From a virus, in the UHGV virus genome UHGV-1579991: a DNA stretch of 64,000 bases; one strand, written 5' to 3'. Each line of letters opens with the position of its first letter. The stretch's first letter is position 1. The notes beneath the pieces were generated by a model, which did not search any database, was not told where the DNA came from, and saw nothing but the letters and a program-made list of their open reading frames with translations. The position numbers and the translations under genes were made by a program. Below are positions 30,346 through 40,389 of this stretch, piece after piece.

Positions 30346-33300
30346 TTATTTGTGTACTTTTATGCCTGCGCCTTCAAGCAATTCGAAGATGTCAATCAAT
30401 ATCGACATTACAGGATTTGACGGGTCATCAGCAAACTCTGCATACTTGTCTGCGCCTTCTACAGGATTGCTTTCAGTGCCAAGCTTGAGCATAGGCTGCA
30501 TTACACCAGCAGTTGCAGGCAATGCATTCATTGAGCTGAAGTTGTCTTTGTCAGTGTCCTTGTTCAAGAATGACTCAAGAGTGTCGAACAGCTTCTTGAG
30601 TGATTGAACAAGCGGCCCTTCTATCGTTGCTGCGACTTGTTTCAAACCTGCAATCATTTCTTGAGACTGCAATGACTTATATTGCATGTCGAGCTTTGTT
30701 AGCTTTTCAAAGTTGAGTGAATTGATTGCAGTTTGAATGTTCTCGATGTTTGTTGCAGTAGATTGCAGTTCTTTATTGCGCTTATCCAGGTCACCATCGG
30801 CAAGAACATCAAAGAATGCATCAAGCGCTTTGCCAGTATCTTTGACTCTGCTTGTATCAATGCCTTGCATGTCATCAAACATCGATACAATAGCGCCTAC
30901 TGCTGCTTTTGCTGTTGGCGCAAAAGTCTTTTCAATATAATTGACATCAAGTTTTTGTTGCGAGAAGCCTGTTATGAGATTGACAAGTGGGTCAAGTATT
31001 GTGCCAATTCCATCAAAGCCAGCTTTTGCTTGTCGCATACGCTTCTTGAAATCTTCACGTTCAGCTGCGTTTATGCAAGCATTTACAAGAGAATCAATAA
31101 CTGATTCAAGGCCTACACCAACTTTTGGCAATGCTTCAGACAAATCAATTGTGCCGACAACTACGAGTTCACCATTTCGAGCTTCATATTTTGGGAACAC
31201 AAGAGTCGCCATGCCCTTGATGCCCTCAGACAATTGATATACGAGATTGCCAAGACCTGACAATGCATTGATTGCTTTCTTAGCACCCTTTGCTTTGTCT
31301 TCAACACCATCAAGAGCATCAACCATAACCTTGATGAATGTTGCAAGATTGTTGCCAATGCTTACAAGTTCAGCATCAGTTAAGTTGACTTCTGACATTG
31401 TCTTGATTGTCTTTGCAAAATTAAGCATTGACAATCCAACTGCGCCAAGTGCTGCAGCACCTGCAAGTGTAAATGGTAACGTGAATGGGTTGCCTGTTAC
31501 AGTAGCAACGCCTACAAGAGCTGCTACAGTGCCAGCAATTGAAGCAATGTCAAGGTCTTTGACTGTCTGCATCTTTTCAAGTGCAGCAGCAAAGACATAT
31601 GTCGCCGCACCTGTAGCAGCCATTGCACCAGCGCCAAGCAACGCTAATGGGCCAACCAAGCCAAGTGCAGTTGCTGCAGCAGTTACTGTAACTACAAATG
31701 CGCCAAGAGCAAGCATTGTAGTGCCATCAACAGATTGAGCTTTGACAAGAGCGTTTGCATACATTGTAGTGCCGACTGCAGATAATACAAGTGCAGCGCC
31801 ACCAAGCAATGCAGTCGCACCCATATTACCCAGAATTGCGATTGCACCCACATTTGCTGCAATAAACAAGCCCATCATGATAGCAGTTTCACTATCAACT
31901 GCATTTGCAATAAGCAATGCACCAGCAAGTAACGCAACACCAACAGAAGTTACAATGAGTGCACCTGCAGCAACCAATGGTGAGCCTTTACTTGATAGAG
32001 CCATCAATGCTGCAAGTGCACCAGTTACAACTGCAAGTGCTGCACCAGCTTTGCTCATGTCTTCCCAATCAAGCAATTTATATGGCAACATTGCAATGCC
32101 AAGAATGCCGACTGCTGCAGCCATGACAACAACACCAGTAGCAATTGACATAACTTGTTTGCTATCTTTTGCAACTCTTGTCATTACTGCGAAAATCGTA
32201 GCAAGTACGCCGATGCCAAGCGCAGCTTTACCCATGTCTTCCCACTCGACAATTCGCCAAGCAAATATGCTAAGTGCAAGTACGCCAACCGCTGCAGACA
32301 TTGCAAGCACGCCTAAGCCAAGCTTTTGCATATCGCCATCTTTGCCAGCAAGATGATTTGCGCCAGCCATTGCCAATGCAAGTGTAGTGATTGTTATTGC
32401 AGGCGCAAATGCATATGTGTAATCAGGGATGAGTTCGTGCCAAGCCCAAATTGACAATGCAAGCACCGCTATTGAACCTGCAATCATCATCATTTGAGCA
32501 CCAATGCCACCCTTGAGATTTGAGCCCTCTGTCTGCATTTTGCTGAACGCTTCGGCATTACCTTTGCCAGCAAGCGTCATACCAAGACCTGCGCCTGCAG
32601 ATGATATGCCATTTGCAAAGCCGATTGCAAGACCCAATGCAACAATGACACCAAAGATTAAGCCAACAGATTCCCAGCTTGCTTCCATCAATTCACCTGC
32701 AGCAACCACTGCAAGCACAAACAGAGCAATTGAACCTGACAGCATCAACATTTCTTTGCCCACTGCATTCTGCTGTCCTTTCTTGCCGCCGCCTGAACCA
32801 AACAGCGATTCACCAGACAACGCCTTGCCAAGTACCCAGATTGCTCCGCTAACTGCAAGCAAAGCAACTGAACCCATAACAACACCGCCCCACGACACAT
32901 TACTAAACAGCATCATTGACAATGCTACCATGCTAAGTGCGCCTGCAATCATCATGACATTCTTTGCACCAGCTGATGCATCTTTGTCAGTAATTTTGCC
33001 AATTGCCCAATATGCTGCAATGAATGTCAATGTGCCAAGCGTGAACATTCCAAGAGCTTCAAATGTCACAAGTTGACCAAATGACCATATTGTAAGACCC
33101 ACAAGAGCAATTGCTGCAGCAGCTTTCATGACAACCTCTGTCGTTCTATCAAGAGATGCCACAAGTGATTCAACTTGGCTGACCATGTCAGCCACTGCAG
33201 TCATTGACTCTTTATGAGATTTCAGAGTTTCAGCAGCATTCAAATACGAATCGACAAGCTTATTCAAGGCAGCCTCAAATCTTGGAGCAGCCTTTTCAAG

Positions 33301-34068
33301 CCTGTCGACAATCAAATCGATAGCTTCAAGACCGCTTTCAAGCTGCAACCGTTTGACAGGCGACATATTTGTCAAAGAGTCAATGATTGTCGCAAAAGCA
33401 GTAGCTATCGTGCCCATTTTTGGGTCAATGTTGGGCGCATTGCTTGCATTGGCCTTGATGTTTGCGATTGAGTCTTTTTCTTGACGTTCTGCAATGACGT
33501 CTGCAAATGTTGTCAGGTCATCAAGTTTTGATGACATCAATGCAAAGATGTTGCGTTGATTTTCCTCGATAACTTCAAGATAGACTCTTACAAGATCGCA
33601 ATGTTGTGTAAATTCAGTATGTTGTGATTCAACATGCTCTGCAATCACATCAAGCAAAACAGAAGCATCTGATATGTTTGTTGCAGCAGCTTTGTTTTCA
33701 ATATGCTCTGCAATGATTTCGAGCAATGCGTTTGTGTCAGACAATAATGCAGATACTGATGTTGCTGAAGATGATTCGTCTGTTTGCAGTTCAGATATGA
33801 TTTGAGCAAGACCTGCAAACATATTTGTTTCTGCACTCGAATCTTTTTCTTTCCATGATTGATACAAAACTGCACCAACAGTTGAGCACAATGACGCAAC
33901 AATAGTGTCATTGCCAACAATTGACATGAAAGTGTTTTCAAGCTTTGTCAGCTCATCATCACTGACATCAGTCGAAGATGCTAACGATGTGTCAGCATCT
34001 TCGAACTCTTGCCAGTTTGTTGGCTTGTCGCCTGTAGAATCATAGACGTTTGTTTTGTCTTCAGCCAT
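30346..34068 (-). CDS. tail tape-measure-like protein, 1240 aa
   Basis: Very long Ala/Gly-rich protein with many hydrophobic helices and coiled-coil-like N-terminal region, typical of tape measure proteins; inference from composition. Confidence 0.55.
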   Translation of the reverse strand: MAEDKTNVYDSTGDKPTNWQEFEDADTSLASSTDVSDDELTKLENTFMSIVGNDTIVASLCSTVGAVLYQSWKEKDSSAETNMFAGLAQIISELQTDESSSATSVSALLSDTNALLEIIAEHIENKAAATNISDASVLLDVIAEHVESQHTEFTQHCDLVRVYLEVIEENQRNIFALMSSKLDDLTTFADVIAERQEKDSIANIKANASNAPNIDPKMGTIATAFATIIDSLTNMSPVKRLQLESGLEAIDLIVDRLEKAAPRFEAALNKLVDSYLNAAETLKSHKESMTAVADMVSQVESLVASLDRTTEVVMKAAAAIALVGLTIWSFGQLVTFEALGMFTLGTLTFIAAYWAIGKITDKDASAGAKNVMMIAGALSMVALSMMLFSNVSWGGVVMGSVALLAVSGAIWVLGKALSGESLFGSGGGKKGQQNAVGKEMLMLSGSIALFVLAVVAAGELMEASWESVGLIFGVIVALGLAIGFANGISSAGAGLGMTLAGKGNAEAFSKMQTEGSNLKGGIGAQMMMIAGSIAVLALSIWAWHELIPDYTYAFAPAITITTLALAMAGANHLAGKDGDMQKLGLGVLAMSAAVGVLALSIFAWRIVEWEDMGKAALGIGVLATIFAVMTRVAKDSKQVMSIATGVVVMAAAVGILGIAMLPYKLLDWEDMSKAGAALAVVTGALAALMALSSKGSPLVAAGALIVTSVGVALLAGALLIANAVDSETAIMMGLFIAANVGAIAILGNMGATALLGGAALVLSAVGTTMYANALVKAQSVDGTTMLALGAFVVTVTAAATALGLVGPLALLGAGAMAATGAATYVFAAALEKMQTVKDLDIASIAGTVAALVGVATVTGNPFTLPFTLAGAAALGAVGLSMLNFAKTIKTMSEVNLTDAELVSIGNNLATFIKVMVDALDGVEDKAKGAKKAINALSGLGNLVYQLSEGIKGMATLVFPKYEARNGELVVVGTIDLSEALPKVGVGLESVIDSLVNACINAAEREDFKKRMRQAKAGFDGIGTILDPLVNLITGFSQQKLDVNYIEKTFAPTAKAAVGAIVSMFDDMQGIDTSRVKDTGKALDAFFDVLADGDLDKRNKELQSTATNIENIQTAINSLNFEKLTKLDMQYKSLQSQEMIAGLKQVAATIEGPLVQSLKKLFDTLESFLNKDTDKDNFSSMNALPATAGVMQPMLKLGTESNPVEGADKYAEFADDPSNPVMSILIDIFELLEGAGIKVHK

Positions 34069-34077
34069 AGTGTATCA

Positions 34078-34332
34078 TCAGAACTTTGGCAGTTCAAAAT
34101 TGTTGTTGAACTTTGGCATTGGCAGACTTGTTGGCATCATTGACTTTGCTTTGCGCATATATGCGTCTTGCTGAGCCTTGATACTTTTCTGAGTACTGCC
34201 TTGCGAATCGCCATCGCCTTTTCGAGCTTCTTCTTCAGTTTTGATAAGCTCAAGTACATCATCCAACAGCCATTGATATTCATAGTATGGCAATGCGTCC
34301 AATTCAGAAAACTGAAGAGGGCATTTTTGCAT
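34078..34332 (-). CDS. hypothetical small protein, about 84 aa; start trimmed
   Basis: Track ORF 34078-34476 overlaps the upstream gene; an internal ATG at 34332 lies just after that gene's stop. Confidence 0.5.
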   Translation of the reverse strand: MQKCPLQFSELDALPYYEYQWLLDDVLELIKTEEEARKGDGDSQGSTQKSIKAQQDAYMRKAKSMMPTSLPMPKFNNNFELPKF

Positions 34333-34348
34333 GATGTATATGCGATTC

Positions 34349-35371
34349 TTACAAAAGTTCCGATTCGAGATTTTGAACTGGTTGAAAAATCTGCTTGATT
34401 CCCTCTGGAAATCGAAACGGGGCTTCACCCTCCATGTGACACTTCGGGCAAGTGAACTTGATATTGTTAGATGCAAGAATCATGCACTTAGACAAAATCT
34501 TCAGTTTAAGCGGCAATTCTTTGAATGCATCCATTGCTTGGAACGACTGACAAATTTGCTCAGCTTTCTTGACATTAAGACCTCGCCAATCAGGTGTAAG
34601 CCACTGAGCTGCAAGAATATATGTCTTTGCATTCATCAATGTGTCTTTGTCAAGTGTTCGCATGTACTCTGCAAAAACTTTGCCAACGCCGATTGTCGAT
34701 GGCTTGAGTACAAGTTCGCCATACGAACGAGTTTGAACTCGATAGCAGCCGGTTTCAGAATCAATGTACTTGTCCATTGACTCATCGGGCTCATCCCAAG
34801 TCATGTTATCAGCAGTCAAGTCAAGCTTAAAATTATGCTTGCAAGTGCCTGATGAAATTTCCAGCGTAATTGGATTTGTCAGCTCAGAGTTCTCAGGGAA
34901 TGTGAGGTCGTGAATCAACATTATTAAGCGCCACTTGTCATGTTCGTATATATCATCAACTGACCAATGATTCATACCAGACTTGCTGACACATCGAACA
35001 CATACCTTGACAATGTCGTTCAAATATGTTGCTGCTTCAGCTGGATTTGCATTGTCATCAAGATTTGACCAGTGACGAATTTCACCTGCTCGGCAAGCTC
35101 GATAGATAATTTGCAAATCACTTGGGTACAGTCGGCCTTGCTTAGCAAGCTTCGTCATGTCAACATTGAACCAGCCAGTATCTGTAACTTCTGATTGACG
35201 CGCTCTTTCTGCAATGCGCTCTTGAGCTACTTCAGTTGCAGCGTCAATTGCGCTGTCATTGATTTTTGTAGCTGCTTCAGCTTCTTCTACTGCAGATGCA
35301 AGTGGATTGTTTCGACCTGCATTCTCACCACCATCTGCTGGAATGCTAAGACGTTTTCTTTCTTGTGGCAT
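34349..35371 (-). CDS. hypothetical protein, 340 aa, with C-terminal Cys motif (FTCPKCHMEG)
   Basis: ORF upstream of the tape-measure-like gene. Confidence 0.65.
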   Translation of the reverse strand: MPQERKRLSIPADGGENAGRNNPLASAVEEAEAATKINDSAIDAATEVAQERIAERARQSEVTDTGWFNVDMTKLAKQGRLYPSDLQIIYRACRAGEIRHWSNLDDNANPAEAATYLNDIVKVCVRCVSKSGMNHWSVDDIYEHDKWRLIMLIHDLTFPENSELTNPITLEISSGTCKHNFKLDLTADNMTWDEPDESMDKYIDSETGCYRVQTRSYGELVLKPSTIGVGKVFAEYMRTLDKDTLMNAKTYILAAQWLTPDWRGLNVKKAEQICQSFQAMDAFKELPLKLKILSKCMILASNNIKFTCPKCHMEGEAPFRFPEGIKQIFQPVQNLESELL

Positions 35372-35444
35372 ATTGTAATGTATTTGAATGGTTTTGTTTT
35401 GTTTTTGCTATCGCATTTCAAAGACAAATGATATAATCATTTGT

Positions 35445-36719
35445 TTATATATTTGACAGCTGTTTGCGTTGCAAAATTGCATGACCGCAGTCATATACTG
35501 CAACATAACCTGCATCAATCATCTCTTGCTCATTTTGTCCGCAGTCTTCAATATGTTCTTTTGTCTTTAAATGACACCAGTGTTTGCGAATTGTTGACTT
35601 GTCATCTGACAGTTGCGGATTAAGTGCGAAGTTAGTTGAGTCTACTGGTTCACCTGCAAGATGCTTTCGAATGACATCAATGACTTCATTGTCATCCATC
35701 CATTCGAATATTGTAATGCAAGTGTAGCCAAGCTTAAGAGCAAGCTGAGTTTTGTCGAAGTGATAGAATTTGCTAACATGCTTATTGTGTGTAGTACGGC
35801 CAATTAAATATGCAAAACCATATGTTGAATTGTGTGACCAAGTTGGATTGATTTCAATCAATAATTTGCAATGTTCATTACTGTAATTGAGGTCATATGA
35901 CCATCGCTCAAGATTGACATCATCAAGCCCACAATCAATCCCAAGTTCTTGCAGCAATTTGTCATGCCACCAATGGTTTGCTCGTGATTTTACATGACCT
36001 TGAGCATCACGACATTTAGCAGTCATACAAAAATATGGGACACCATAGCGTTGCATGTTAGTTGACGCAATTTTTTGCAAATCGCCTGCAGCAGACCCAT
36101 ATTTTTGTCGTTTTGTTGCAACTGCTACTGCAATATTGCCAAATTTGTTGCCATATCGTTTCTGTTTAGTTTCAAGTGCTTTGTCAATATTTATGATGCC
36201 TCTTGTACCATGTTCTTTTTCACGTTTAGCTAAAATTGTTTGCATGTCGCCAAGTTTGTTGCCATATCGTTGCAATTTAGTTTCATGCATTTTTGCAATA
36301 TTTGTCCAACTATCACCATAATGTTGTCTATGTGTTGCAGCGCAACGTGCTTTGTCACCAAACATGTGTCCAAACTTTGCTAAACGACGCTCAACAAATT
36401 TTTGCATGTCACCCATGCCATTACCATATCGTTTCTGCTTAGTTGCAACAGCCTTTTGCATATTGACACCTCGATAGCCATAACGCATTTCTATTGTTGT
36501 AGTAATTTTATCACTGATGACTTTTGATTGCTGAGCATACTCAAAACCATATTTACGCAAGCAGCCAATTCGCTTATTATATTTCAAACGAATTTTACCA
36601 TGTGATGTCTTCTTTGGGCCATACCATTCATATGGCGTTTCTGCAATCAATTTATCACGTTCAGCTTCAAGTTCTTTTATTCGAGCTTCAAGAGCTTCAC
36701 CTATTAATTGTGTTGCCAT
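35445..36719 (-). CDS. repeat-rich (RYG-x-G) putative homing endonuclease or DNA-binding protein, paralog 2, 424 aa
   Basis: Same repeat architecture and C-terminal domain (LIEINPTWSHNSTYGFAYLIGR) as the gene at 19209-20267. Confidence 0.7.
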   Translation of the reverse strand: MATQLIGEALEARIKELEAERDKLIAETPYEWYGPKKTSHGKIRLKYNKRIGCLRKYGFEYAQQSKVISDKITTTIEMRYGYRGVNMQKAVATKQKRYGNGMGDMQKFVERRLAKFGHMFGDKARCAATHRQHYGDSWTNIAKMHETKLQRYGNKLGDMQTILAKREKEHGTRGIINIDKALETKQKRYGNKFGNIAVAVATKRQKYGSAAGDLQKIASTNMQRYGVPYFCMTAKCRDAQGHVKSRANHWWHDKLLQELGIDCGLDDVNLERWSYDLNYSNEHCKLLIEINPTWSHNSTYGFAYLIGRTTHNKHVSKFYHFDKTQLALKLGYTCITIFEWMDDNEVIDVIRKHLAGEPVDSTNFALNPQLSDDKSTIRKHWCHLKTKEHIEDCGQNEQEMIDAGYVAVYDCGHAILQRKQLSNI

Positions 36720-36728
36720 TATAAAATA

Positions 36729-36757
36729 TTGAGATATTCAATATATGTACATATAAT
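36729..36757 (+). promoter_or_regulatory. sigma70-like promoter candidate TTGAGA-N17-TATAAT upstream of terL
   Basis: Hexamers with 17-nt spacer; -10 element ends about 21 nt before ATG 36779; a 7-bp inverted repeat (atattga-N5-tcaatat) overlaps the -35 element. Confidence 0.45.
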
Positions 36758-36778
36758 ACGAATATTCAAATTAAACAT

Positions 36779-38770
36779 ATGTCTGAAGTTAAGCATCAAG
36801 TATATGACCCTGTAGCACAATTCAAATCTGCAGAAGAAAAGGAAGCTGCAAGAGTCGTGTGGTGTTCAGAAAGTGTGCGTCGTGCATATGCAGCAGTTGA
36901 CCAAGGCCTGCCATTACGGTCGAATCCCTGGTTCTTTGGCAATATTGCATTGCGTAAGCCAGGACTATTGTATAGATACTCTGACGTAGAGCTACGTGAA
37001 TGGCTTAGATGTGCTTATGATATACTGTACTTTGCCAACACATACGCTACACTCATGACACCTGCAGGTGTGCGAATGCATATTACGTTGCGACCATATC
37101 AGAAAAAAATGCTTCGTGCGTATCAAAAGCAAAAGTACATTATAAGTTTGTGTGGACGACAAATAGGCAAAACTACGACTGCTGCAATTTTCCTCGCTTG
37201 GGCTGTCATTTTCAATCGTGAGCTCAACATAGCAGTACTTGGCGACCGCTTGGCTACATCAAGTGAAAACCTGAACAAAACAAAAGACATCATAAACAAT
37301 CTGCCATTCTTTATGAAGCCTGGTGTGTTTGTTTGGAATGGTGGAATGGTCGCATTTGACAATGGCTGCAAAATTATCACAGGTACTGCTCAAAAGTCAT
37401 CACTTGTCGGTAAAACAATTCACATCTTGTATCTTGATGAGCTCGCAATTCCGCCTGCTCAGCAATCAAAGACTCTTGTAGACTATGCATTGCCCACAAT
37501 TGCATCATTGCCAACTGGCAAAGTTATCGTAACATCTACGCCATCTGGTGATAATGTGTTCAAGACTTTGTGGCTTGGTGCAATTAACAAAACAAATGGA
37601 TTCTTTCCAATTCAAGTAAACTGGTGGGACATTCCAGGTCGTGATGAAAAGTGGAAAGCTGAACAAATTGCAATTCTTGGTGAAGATGCTTTCAATGAGC
37701 AATACAACTGCGTGTTCTTGTCAGGTGCAACGTCAATTTTCAATTCAAGAGCAATTGATGATATTGCAAGACGACAACAAAAGTATGAATTTGTTGCTGA
37801 TGAGCGTCTTGAATCGCTGCTCAGATTTTTCATTGCTGATTCAGATGTTGGCACTGAACCTGAGCCGCATTCATTTATGACTTGGCGTGCAGATATTGAC
37901 CCAGCGACACTCAAAAATGAAACATGTATCATCAACATCGACATCGCTGAAGGCTTATCTGGCGACTTTTCTGTCATACATGTGCATCGTATAGTTGACA
38001 TTGCAAAAGATGCTGAACTTGAACTTGATGCAAGCAATCTGTATGATATGTTTGACGATGACAAAAAATCATTGTTTGCAAAAGCAGTTGAAATGCAACG
38101 TCAAATGTCGGCAACACAAGCTCAAGATGATGACGATGATGACGATGACGACTGGTTTGGCGCAGACGATGATGTTGCTCAAGGAGTCGATGCATATCAA
38201 GATTATGCGAATGCTGCAGTAGAAGAGATTGGCTTGTGGCGCTCAAATGTGACGTCAATTAAAGTCATGGCTCTGTATTTGCAGTTCTTAATGACATATG
38301 TGTTTGACGCAAACAAAACAAAGATTATCTATGAACGCAACAAATATGGTGGAGAGTTTCGTTCATATTGTTTGTCTGAACGTGCACGCAATATTGCAAT
38401 TGATGAAGAGAGCTTCGTAAGCTTCCAACGAACTCTTGGTTCAGAACAACTTGCACCAGGCTGTTCAATTACGCCTGGCACCAAACCAGTGTACGTAAGA
38501 CAGCTCAAAGACCTTATTGAAACTGGCAAGATTCTTGAAAACAATGCAGATACGCAAAGAGAGCTTACATACTTTGGCGGTGTCAAAGGCAAGAATGGTC
38601 ATGTGTCATATCAGGCATCACCAGGCTTCCATGATGACATTGCAATGACTCTTGTATCTCTTGCAGCATTTATGGACACTCGATGCAACGATTGGCTTGA
38701 ACTGCTTGATGTGTTCTACAATGGCAGCAGTCAAACAAGTTCTGATGATGACGATGATGACTGGATTTGA
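36779..38770 (+). CDS. terL: terminase large subunit, 663 aa, with unusual poly-Asp insertions
   Basis: Walker A GRQIGKTT and Walker B ILYLDE in the N-terminal ATPase domain; acidic runs QAQDDDDDDDDDWFGADDD and C-terminal SSDDDDDDWI. Confidence 0.9.
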   Translation: MSEVKHQVYDPVAQFKSAEEKEAARVVWCSESVRRAYAAVDQGLPLRSNPWFFGNIALRKPGLLYRYSDVELREWLRCAYDILYFANTYATLMTPAGVRMHITLRPYQKKMLRAYQKQKYIISLCGRQIGKTTTAAIFLAWAVIFNRELNIAVLGDRLATSSENLNKTKDIINNLPFFMKPGVFVWNGGMVAFDNGCKIITGTAQKSSLVGKTIHILYLDELAIPPAQQSKTLVDYALPTIASLPTGKVIVTSTPSGDNVFKTLWLGAINKTNGFFPIQVNWWDIPGRDEKWKAEQIAILGEDAFNEQYNCVFLSGATSIFNSRAIDDIARRQQKYEFVADERLESLLRFFIADSDVGTEPEPHSFMTWRADIDPATLKNETCIINIDIAEGLSGDFSVIHVHRIVDIAKDAELELDASNLYDMFDDDKKSLFAKAVEMQRQMSATQAQDDDDDDDDDWFGADDDVAQGVDAYQDYANAAVEEIGLWRSNVTSIKVMALYLQFLMTYVFDANKTKIIYERNKYGGEFRSYCLSERARNIAIDEESFVSFQRTLGSEQLAPGCSITPGTKPVYVRQLKDLIETGKILENNADTQRELTYFGGVKGKNGHVSYQASPGFHDDIAMTLVSLAAFMDTRCNDWLELLDVFYNGSSQTSSDDDDDDWI

Positions 38771-38776
38771 TTTGTG

Positions 38777-38836
38777 GCACATCATCACAAAACAAGCCAG
38801 CAGAATTGTCTGCTGGCTTGTTTTGTGATGATGTGC
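38777..38836. terminator. 28-bp perfect inverted repeat with 4-nt loop between convergent terL and DHFR genes
   Basis: gcacatcatcacaaaacaagccagcaga/attg/tctgctggcttgttttgtgatgatgtgc; no strong U-tract on either side. Confidence 0.6.
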
Positions 38837-38838
38837 TG

Positions 38839-39342
38839 TCATCGTTTTCGATGGAAGACTTTGAATTTGTATCGTAACGTTCTGTCATTATCTGTGCATG
38901 TGTATAGTGCAGACTCAGATTTTTTAGTCCACATTCGCCAATTGACTGCAGGAAATCGAACGTCGCCCTCAACATAATTGTCAATCATCGTCAAGTACAT
39001 TCTGTCTGCATAAATCATTGCTTCTTCAAACAACTTAGAACCGCCGATGATAAACATGTTAGACGCAAATGCAGACTTGCAATATGCTATTGCATTGGCT
39101 AGCGTGCTAAATACGAAATAGTCGCTTGTTGGCTGCAATGTAGAGCTTATAACAATGTTAATTCTGTCAGGCAAGGGTTTGCAATTCATCGACTCAAAAG
39201 TCTTACGACCCATGATGACAATGTGATTCTTTGTGAGTTTCTTGAAGTGCTGCAAGTCATATGGAATATGCCAGGGCAAATCACCATTGCGACCTATGAC
39301 ATTGTTATTTGATACTGCTGCTATGATATTGATGTATTGCAT
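38839..39342 (-). CDS. folA: dihydrofolate reductase, 167 aa
   Basis: IAAVSNNNVIGRNGDLPWHIPYDL, VIMGRKTFES and IIGGSKLFEE motifs typical of DHFR. Confidence 0.85.
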   Translation of the reverse strand: MQYINIIAAVSNNNVIGRNGDLPWHIPYDLQHFKKLTKNHIVIMGRKTFESMNCKPLPDRINIVISSTLQPTSDYFVFSTLANAIAYCKSAFASNMFIIGGSKLFEEAMIYADRMYLTMIDNYVEGDVRFPAVNWRMWTKKSESALYTCTDNDRTLRYKFKVFHRKR

Positions 39343-39357
39343 TGTTGATGAAGTTGT

Positions 39358-39669
39358 TTATAATGAGTCAGACACTACAGATGCATATTGCAAGACCTGT
39401 TTGCGAATATCACTGCCAATCAGTCGTTCATATTGCAGACGCAGTTCTGTAACTGTCATATTATCTGGCAGCTCTTTGACTTTGATAAAGATGCCTGCAG
39501 TGTCACCTTTAGCAATATAGCCTGTTTTCTCGCACATGTTACGCAAACAGTCAATATATGAATGTCGCTCAGATTTGACTGCACATAGCATTTGCTGCCT
39601 GCTAAATGACTCACCTACTGCAATGCTTGCAATGAATGACTTAAATGCATGCCAACGTGTCATTGTCAT
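39358..39669 (-). CDS. hypothetical protein, 103 aa
   Basis: ORF in the array. Confidence 0.5.
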   Translation of the reverse strand: MTMTRWHAFKSFIASIAVGESFSRQQMLCAVKSERHSYIDCLRNMCEKTGYIAKGDTAGIFIKVKELPDNMTVTELRLQYERLIGSDIRKQVLQYASVVSDSL

Positions 39670-40124
39670 TACAGATTTGATTTGTATGTTTCACAGCGTT
39701 TCCAATCTGTTGCAGCTTTCAGACCCTTCAAGTATTCTACATACATTGGATGTTCCCATGCAGGGTCATCAGTTACAGCAACATAGCCTTTGCTATGCTT
39801 GTCTTTGTCAATAAGCATCTCTGCATATTTTGGCGCAAGCAGTCGTTTGTTTGCAGCCCAAGCAAAATGACATTTGATAAAGTGTCGCGTAATTCTTGTG
39901 TATGCCGCTTTGACAGACTTTAGCATATCAGGGTCTGCAATAACATCTGCCAAATTCTGTGGCGCTGCTGCAATGAAAACTGCTTCGCAGTCTTTATGCT
40001 TTGCAGCTATTTGCTGCAATAAGTCTTTATGTGAATTGAGATGCAGAATTGTCGAACAAATGACTACAATGTCTGTTGCAGGTTCAATTCGTTTTGCTTG
40101 TTCTTTAAGAGATGGTTGTTCCAT
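39669..40124 (-). CDS. hypothetical protein, 151 aa
   Basis: ORF in the array. Confidence 0.55.
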   Translation of the reverse strand: MEQPSLKEQAKRIEPATDIVVICSTILHLNSHKDLLQQIAAKHKDCEAVFIAAAPQNLADVIADPDMLKSVKAAYTRITRHFIKCHFAWAANKRLLAPKYAEMLIDKDKHSKGYVAVTDDPAWEHPMYVEYLKGLKAATDWKRCETYKSNL

Positions 40125-40130
40125 GTTGTG

Positions 40131-40385
40131 TCAGATTTTGATATGTCGTAGCAAAATTTTATGCAAATTCAACAATGATTGCGCTGCATATGCTGGATTT
40201 GGTTGAAGCTCTTTGCAGTTGTCGCATTTCAATGACTGCTCAGTTATTTGAGCATCTGTGTCAATGTTAATTGCAGTTTGACAAACTATGCATTGCCATT
40301 TAAGCGTATGCGTATGTAAGTTGTCTACGAACAATGTAGAGCCAAACTTATCTTGCCAGTCTTCTGCGCATTTTGGATGAAACAT
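40131..40385 (-). CDS. small Cys-rich zinc-ribbon-like protein, 84 aa
   Basis: C-x2-C ... C-x2-C spacing (CIVCQ ... CDNCK). Confidence 0.5.
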   Translation of the reverse strand: MFHPKCAEDWQDKFGSTLFVDNLHTHTLKWQCIVCQTAINIDTDAQITEQSLKCDNCKELQPNPAYAAQSLLNLHKILLRHIKI

Positions 40386-40389
40386 ATTG

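Noticed and set aside
34078-35371. Possible programmed frameshift between overlapping ORFs 34349-35371 and 34078-34476 upstream of the tape-measure-like gene
   Set aside because: The downstream ORF has its own ATG at 34332 after the upstream stop, the frame relation is +1 rather than the usual -1, and I saw no slippery heptamer.
38618-38977. ORFs 38774-38977 (+) and 38618-38842 (-), both beginning MAHHHKTSQQ / MTAHHHKTSQQ
   Set aside because: Both start inside the 28-bp perfect palindrome, which is why they share a mirror-image N-terminus; they overlap the DHFR gene and are artefacts of the hairpin.
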